Shown piece after piece: positions 15,287 through 18,030 of a stretch of DNA of 18,030 bases (its first letter is position 1; every line of letters begins with the position of its first letter). The stretch comes from an uncultured Thermoplasmata archaeon. Lineage in GTDB: Archaea > Thermoplasmatota > Thermoplasmata > Halarchaeoplasmatales > Halarchaeoplasmataceae. The notes under the pieces were generated by a model. The model was given only the letters and a program-made list of their open reading frames with translations, ran no database searches and was not told the origin of the DNA. Location of the stretch: NCBI GenBank assembly GCA_964399335.1, contig CAYNQI010000021.1:1-18030 (forward strand). Reading direction: 5' to 3'. Both the position numbers and the translations under genes were made by a program.

Positions 15287-16147
15287 ATGGTAAATGTATT
15301 GGAAGAGGGGCAGTTGGATTTTAACAGGTTGAAAGAATTGTCCGGTAAACCTTCTTTATTCGAGCCAGGAGACGGTGAGATTTGGACAGATAAACACATC
15401 TCCGAGTATCTACTTCGAGCACATCTAGATCCTCAACGTGATATGGCCAGCCGCAGGAACGAGACCATAAAGCAGTCATGCCGGTGGATCGTATCGAGAT
15501 GTGGATTAGGTGAAGGTTCGAAAGTCATCGACCTGGGCTGCGGTCCCGGACTTTACTGCAGTGAACTGAGCCGATATGGTCTTAAAGTCATGGGTGTTGA
15601 TTTTTCTAAGAGATCTATAGAGTACGCTGAAAAGTATCGTGATACTGATATAGAATTCATACACGGGAATTATTTGAACGTCAAGATCTCAGGAAAGTAC
15701 GATGCTGCTTTGATGATCTACTATGACTTCGGTGTATTATCTGAAGAGGAGCAAGATCAATTATTGGAAAGAATAAATTCACTGCTCAAAGAAGATGGTT
15801 ATTTCGTTTTCGATGTTCTCACGCCGTCACATCCTGAAGCTGATGATGAAACTACACGATGGACATTCCAAGAAGACGGAGGTTTCTGGAGTTCTGATAG
15901 TTACATGGAATTGTTCAACCGATATTATTACCCTGATGAACAGGTGAAGTTGGACCAGTATGTGATCATAGATAAAAATGGAGAGGCTAGTGTTTACCGT
16001 ATATGGCATCGATTCTTTACCCCCTCTCAGATCTCAGGATTACTCAAAAAAAACGGTTTTGAGGCCGAAGAGTTCTATGGGGACTTGACAGGGAAACCTA
16101 TAGAGGCAGGAGCAGAGGCCATGGGGATAGTTGCAAGGAAGAGTTAG
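15287..16147 (+). CDS. Class I SAM-dependent methyltransferase
   Basis: VIDLGCGPGLY (motif I), GVDFSKRSIEYA, YDAALMIYYDFG and LLKEDGYFVFDV. Confidence 0.92.
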   Translation: MVNVLEEGQLDFNRLKELSGKPSLFEPGDGEIWTDKHISEYLLRAHLDPQRDMASRRNETIKQSCRWIVSRCGLGEGSKVIDLGCGPGLYCSELSRYGLKVMGVDFSKRSIEYAEKYRDTDIEFIHGNYLNVKISGKYDAALMIYYDFGVLSEEEQDQLLERINSLLKEDGYFVFDVLTPSHPEADDETTRWTFQEDGGFWSSDSYMELFNRYYYPDEQVKLDQYVIIDKNGEASVYRIWHRFFTPSQISGLLKKNGFEAEEFYGDLTGKPIEAGAEAMGIVARKS

Positions 16148-16647
16148 ATCAGTTTCAAAGTTTCTCTCATGAACGCTGGTAGATCACCAGGGTGCCTAGA
16201 TGTTACCAGTCTTCCATCGACCACCACTTCTTCATCCAAGAATTTTGCTCCAGCATTCTCCATATCTGTTCTTACGGAGTAATAGCAGGTGGCCTTTTTA
16301 CCTTCTAAGAGATCAGTTTCTATCAGCAGCTGTAATCCATGGCATATCGAAGCGATGACTAGATCGTTGTCAACGGCATCCTGGGCCAATTTTACTATAG
16401 ACTCCTTGATCCTCATCCTGTCCGGAGCTCTTCCACCCGGGACGACCAGTAGATCGTAATCAGATACGTCCACGTCTTCTGCAGCTTTATGCGAATTTAA
16501 CTTCTGCCCGTTCTTACTCTCGTAGGTAGTTCCCTCTTTTTCACCCACTAAATCAACTTCAAAACCGGCTTCTTGGAGTCTGAAATACGGATATGTCAAT
16601 TCAGTATCCTCGAAACCGTTCTCTATCAGTACGATAGCTTTTTTCAT
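16144..16647 (-). CDS. pfpI: PfpI/DJ-1 family protein (type 1 glutamine amidotransferase-like; protease/deglycase)
   Basis: FEDTELTYP (catalytic Glu), VVPGG, nucleophile elbow SICHG and LVTSRHPGDLPAF. RBS GGTGTGAT. Confidence 0.93.
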   Translation of the reverse strand: MKKAIVLIENGFEDTELTYPYFRLQEAGFEVDLVGEKEGTTYESKNGQKLNSHKAAEDVDVSDYDLLVVPGGRAPDRMRIKESIVKLAQDAVDNDLVIASICHGLQLLIETDLLEGKKATCYYSVRTDMENAGAKFLDEEVVVDGRLVTSRHPGDLPAFMRETLKLI

Positions 16648-16733
16648 GTTATCACACCGTTCTATTCTCTAGGAGTTTTATCAATCTTTTTACCAAATCT
16701 AACAAAAAAAGGGGAGGGAGGGTGATTATCGTG

Positions 16734-16799
16734 ATGTATGAAACACTTGGTTATGATGTATGGTCTTGTTATAATCTTCGCACGGCTTTAGAAATTTGA
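16734..16799 (+). CDS. Possible 21-aa small ORF
   Basis: MYETLGYDVWSCYNLRTALEI*, preceded by a strong SD (GGAGGGTGAT, 16717-16726) and a possible TATA TTTTATCA (16676-16683). No homology recognised. Confidence 0.3.
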   Translation: MYETLGYDVWSCYNLRTALEI

Positions 16800-16814
16800 T
16801 TGCATATCCATATC

Positions 16815-16832
16815 GTAAAAAAACTTTAATAT
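16815..16832 (+). promoter_or_regulatory. BRE + TATA for the PRC-barrel gene
   Basis: GTAAAAAAAC-TTTAATAT, followed by RBS-like GAGGGA before ATG 16869. Confidence 0.55.
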
Positions 16833-16868
16833 ACATGTACTCATTTACTTATAAGCAGAGGGATAAAT

Positions 16869-17441
16869 ATGGAAACATTAGATGATATAAAAGGAAAAGA
16901 AATTTTGAGCAGTGACGGAAGATCGATGGGTAAATTAATCAATTTTACAGTAGACGGTGATTTTAGGATAGATGATGTCGTAGCCAAAATGAATAAAGAT
17001 ATAATCGAAGATCTAGGAGAGGATAAACCGTTGTTCTCATCGCTCAAATTAGGGATATCGGTAAAACATGTAAAATCTTTTACGGACAACATAGTACTTA
17101 AAACTCCCTTAAATAAACTGCATCTACATTTTGAAGATGTTACTGATAAGAACTTGGCTAGCTCTATAATAGGTATGGAGATCTCAGGCAGCCAAGGTAA
17201 TTACGTTGGAAAAGTAGAGGATATTTTGGTCGATACAGAGTCTTTAGGTAGATTATCCATGCTGGTCAAAGTGAATAAAGATATCTTAGAAACCTTAGAC
17301 CTTGAGAAACCTCTACTTTCAAAAACAAGATTAGGTATATCGATGAAGCATGTAACGAGTGTAGGCGATAAAATCATGCTGGACACCTCAATCGAAGGTA
17401 TGGGAGAGATCATACTAAAGGAACCTATCAAGAAGATGTAA
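16869..17441 (+). CDS. Tandem (2x) PRC-barrel domain protein
   Basis: Two 94-aa-offset repeats: IKGKEILSSDGRSMGKLINFTVD / IIGMEISGSQGNYVGKVEDILVD, and NKDIIEDL..KPLFS..LGISVKHVKSFTDNIVL / NKDILETL..KPLLS..LGISMKHVTSVGDKIML. Confidence 0.85.
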   Translation: METLDDIKGKEILSSDGRSMGKLINFTVDGDFRIDDVVAKMNKDIIEDLGEDKPLFSSLKLGISVKHVKSFTDNIVLKTPLNKLHLHFEDVTDKNLASSIIGMEISGSQGNYVGKVEDILVDTESLGRLSMLVKVNKDILETLDLEKPLLSKTRLGISMKHVTSVGDKIMLDTSIEGMGEIILKEPIKKM

Positions 17442-17445
17442 AAAC

Positions 17446-18030
17446 CTATCTTGACCTTTTTAATTTTTTTAATTCACTTTTTGCCTTTTTAACCCAAAGG
17501 ATCAAATCCATCTTTTCAAACAAATCTAAGGCTTTTTTAAGGAATTTTTCACCCTTTAAAAACACACCATATTCGTAATAAGTCCTAGATAAATACCGTG
17601 TCTCTCCCGTATTTTTAAACACATCGATAGCATTTTCAAAATTTTGGACAGCTCTTTCCTCTACTCCAAGATTTGCAAACACCATCCCTAAAACACGGTA
17701 ACATGTCCCCTCCTCAGATTTACCATCGATATCCAAGGATATTTGAAGGGCCTTCTCTGCATATCCTTTAGCTTTATCAAACATCCCTTTCATAAGATAT
17801 ACTTCTGCAAGTCCACAGAGATCGTAAACTGATATAATATGTTCTCCGACTTTTTCAGCCATCTCTAGACTTTCCTCGTAATATCTTAAAGCTTTAGATA
17901 TATCTCCTTTATATTGGTGGATAAGTGCTATACTGTTCAAAGAATAAGTTATCCCTACCCTATCTCCGATCTCCCTTTCAATCTCTAAACTCTGGTTATG
18001 ATATTCTAATGCTTTATCGAGTTCGTAAAG
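17446..18030 (-). CDS. TPR-repeat protein, C-terminal part (5' end outside the window); paralogous to the tail of the 6034-9075 protein
   Basis: The frame stays open from 17940 to the window edge (LYELDKALEYHNQSLEIEREIGDRVGITYSLNSIA...), so the track start is not real. 40-aa TPR units are collinear with the STAND protein C-terminus. Confidence 0.85.
   Translation of the reverse strand, partial: LYELDKALEYHNQSLEIEREIGDRVGITYSLNSIALIHQYKGDISKALRYYEESLEMAEKVGEHIISVYDLCGLAEVYLMKGMFDKAKGYAEKALQISLDIDGKSEEGTCYRVLGMVFANLGVEERAVQNFENAIDVFKNTGETRYLSRTYYEYGVFLKGEKFLKKALDLFEKMDLILWVKKAKSELKKLKRSR
17457..17490 (+). terminator. Oligo-T terminator candidate for the PRC-barrel gene, inside the opposite gene
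   Basis: Four T-tracts (T5, T7, T5, T5) start 15 nt after the TAA at 17441. Confidence 0.5.

Noticed and set aside
16726-16836. 36-aa minus-strand ORF MYIKVFLRYGYAIKFLKPCEDYNKTIHHNQVFHTSR
   Set aside because: Its start lies next to the PRC gene's TATA box, and it has no RBS, no suitably spaced promoter and no motif.
516-17431. Remaining short track ORFs (e.g. 516-752, 1367-1576, 1592-1849, 2082-2396, 2435-2728, 3271-3660, 4763-5071, 6045-6275, 8583-8858, 10848-11102, 14867-15193, 16841-17092, 17201-17431)
   Set aside because: All lie within or opposite well-supported genes and show Ser/Ile/Phe-rich antisense composition or no motifs.
1-18030. tRNA, rRNA, CRISPR array, IS/transposase, integrase or prophage genes
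   Set aside because: None recognised. Intergenic gaps are at most about 220 bp and AT-rich. A tRNAscan-SE/Infernal run would be the definitive check.

Overview
Archaeal chromosomal window of about 18 kb, gene-dense, with no rRNA, tRNA, CRISPR array or transposase recognisable by eye. TBP, BRE/TATA promoters, a geranylgeranyl reductase and Taw2 establish it as archaeal. The gene families suggest Thermoplasmatota, but that is inference. In order, it holds: a partial AmmeMemoRadiSam radical SAM gene (missed by the ORF track), a zinc-ribbon membrane protein, taw2, a membrane-anchored exported protein, a geranylgeranyl reductase, tbp, a TatD-like hydrolase, a 44-aa C4 zinc-finger gene (missed by the ORF track), a 1013-aa STAND ATPase-TPR protein, a secreted FN3 protein, an M55 D-aminopeptidase, a membrane metal hydrolase, an RDD protein, an unknown membrane protein, a SatP-family transporter, a SAM methyltransferase, PfpI, a tandem PRC-barrel protein and the 3' end of a second TPR protein. 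Most notable: (1) a longin-like domain nested between Walker A and Walker B of an effector-less STAND NTPase; (2) a TatD-like gene whose metal-binding N-terminus has no canonical start codon and appears to start at an ATT overlapping the tbp stop; (3) an unannotated zinc-finger microprotein; (4) a candidate C-terminal surface-sorting module; (5) a fused double PRC barrel.
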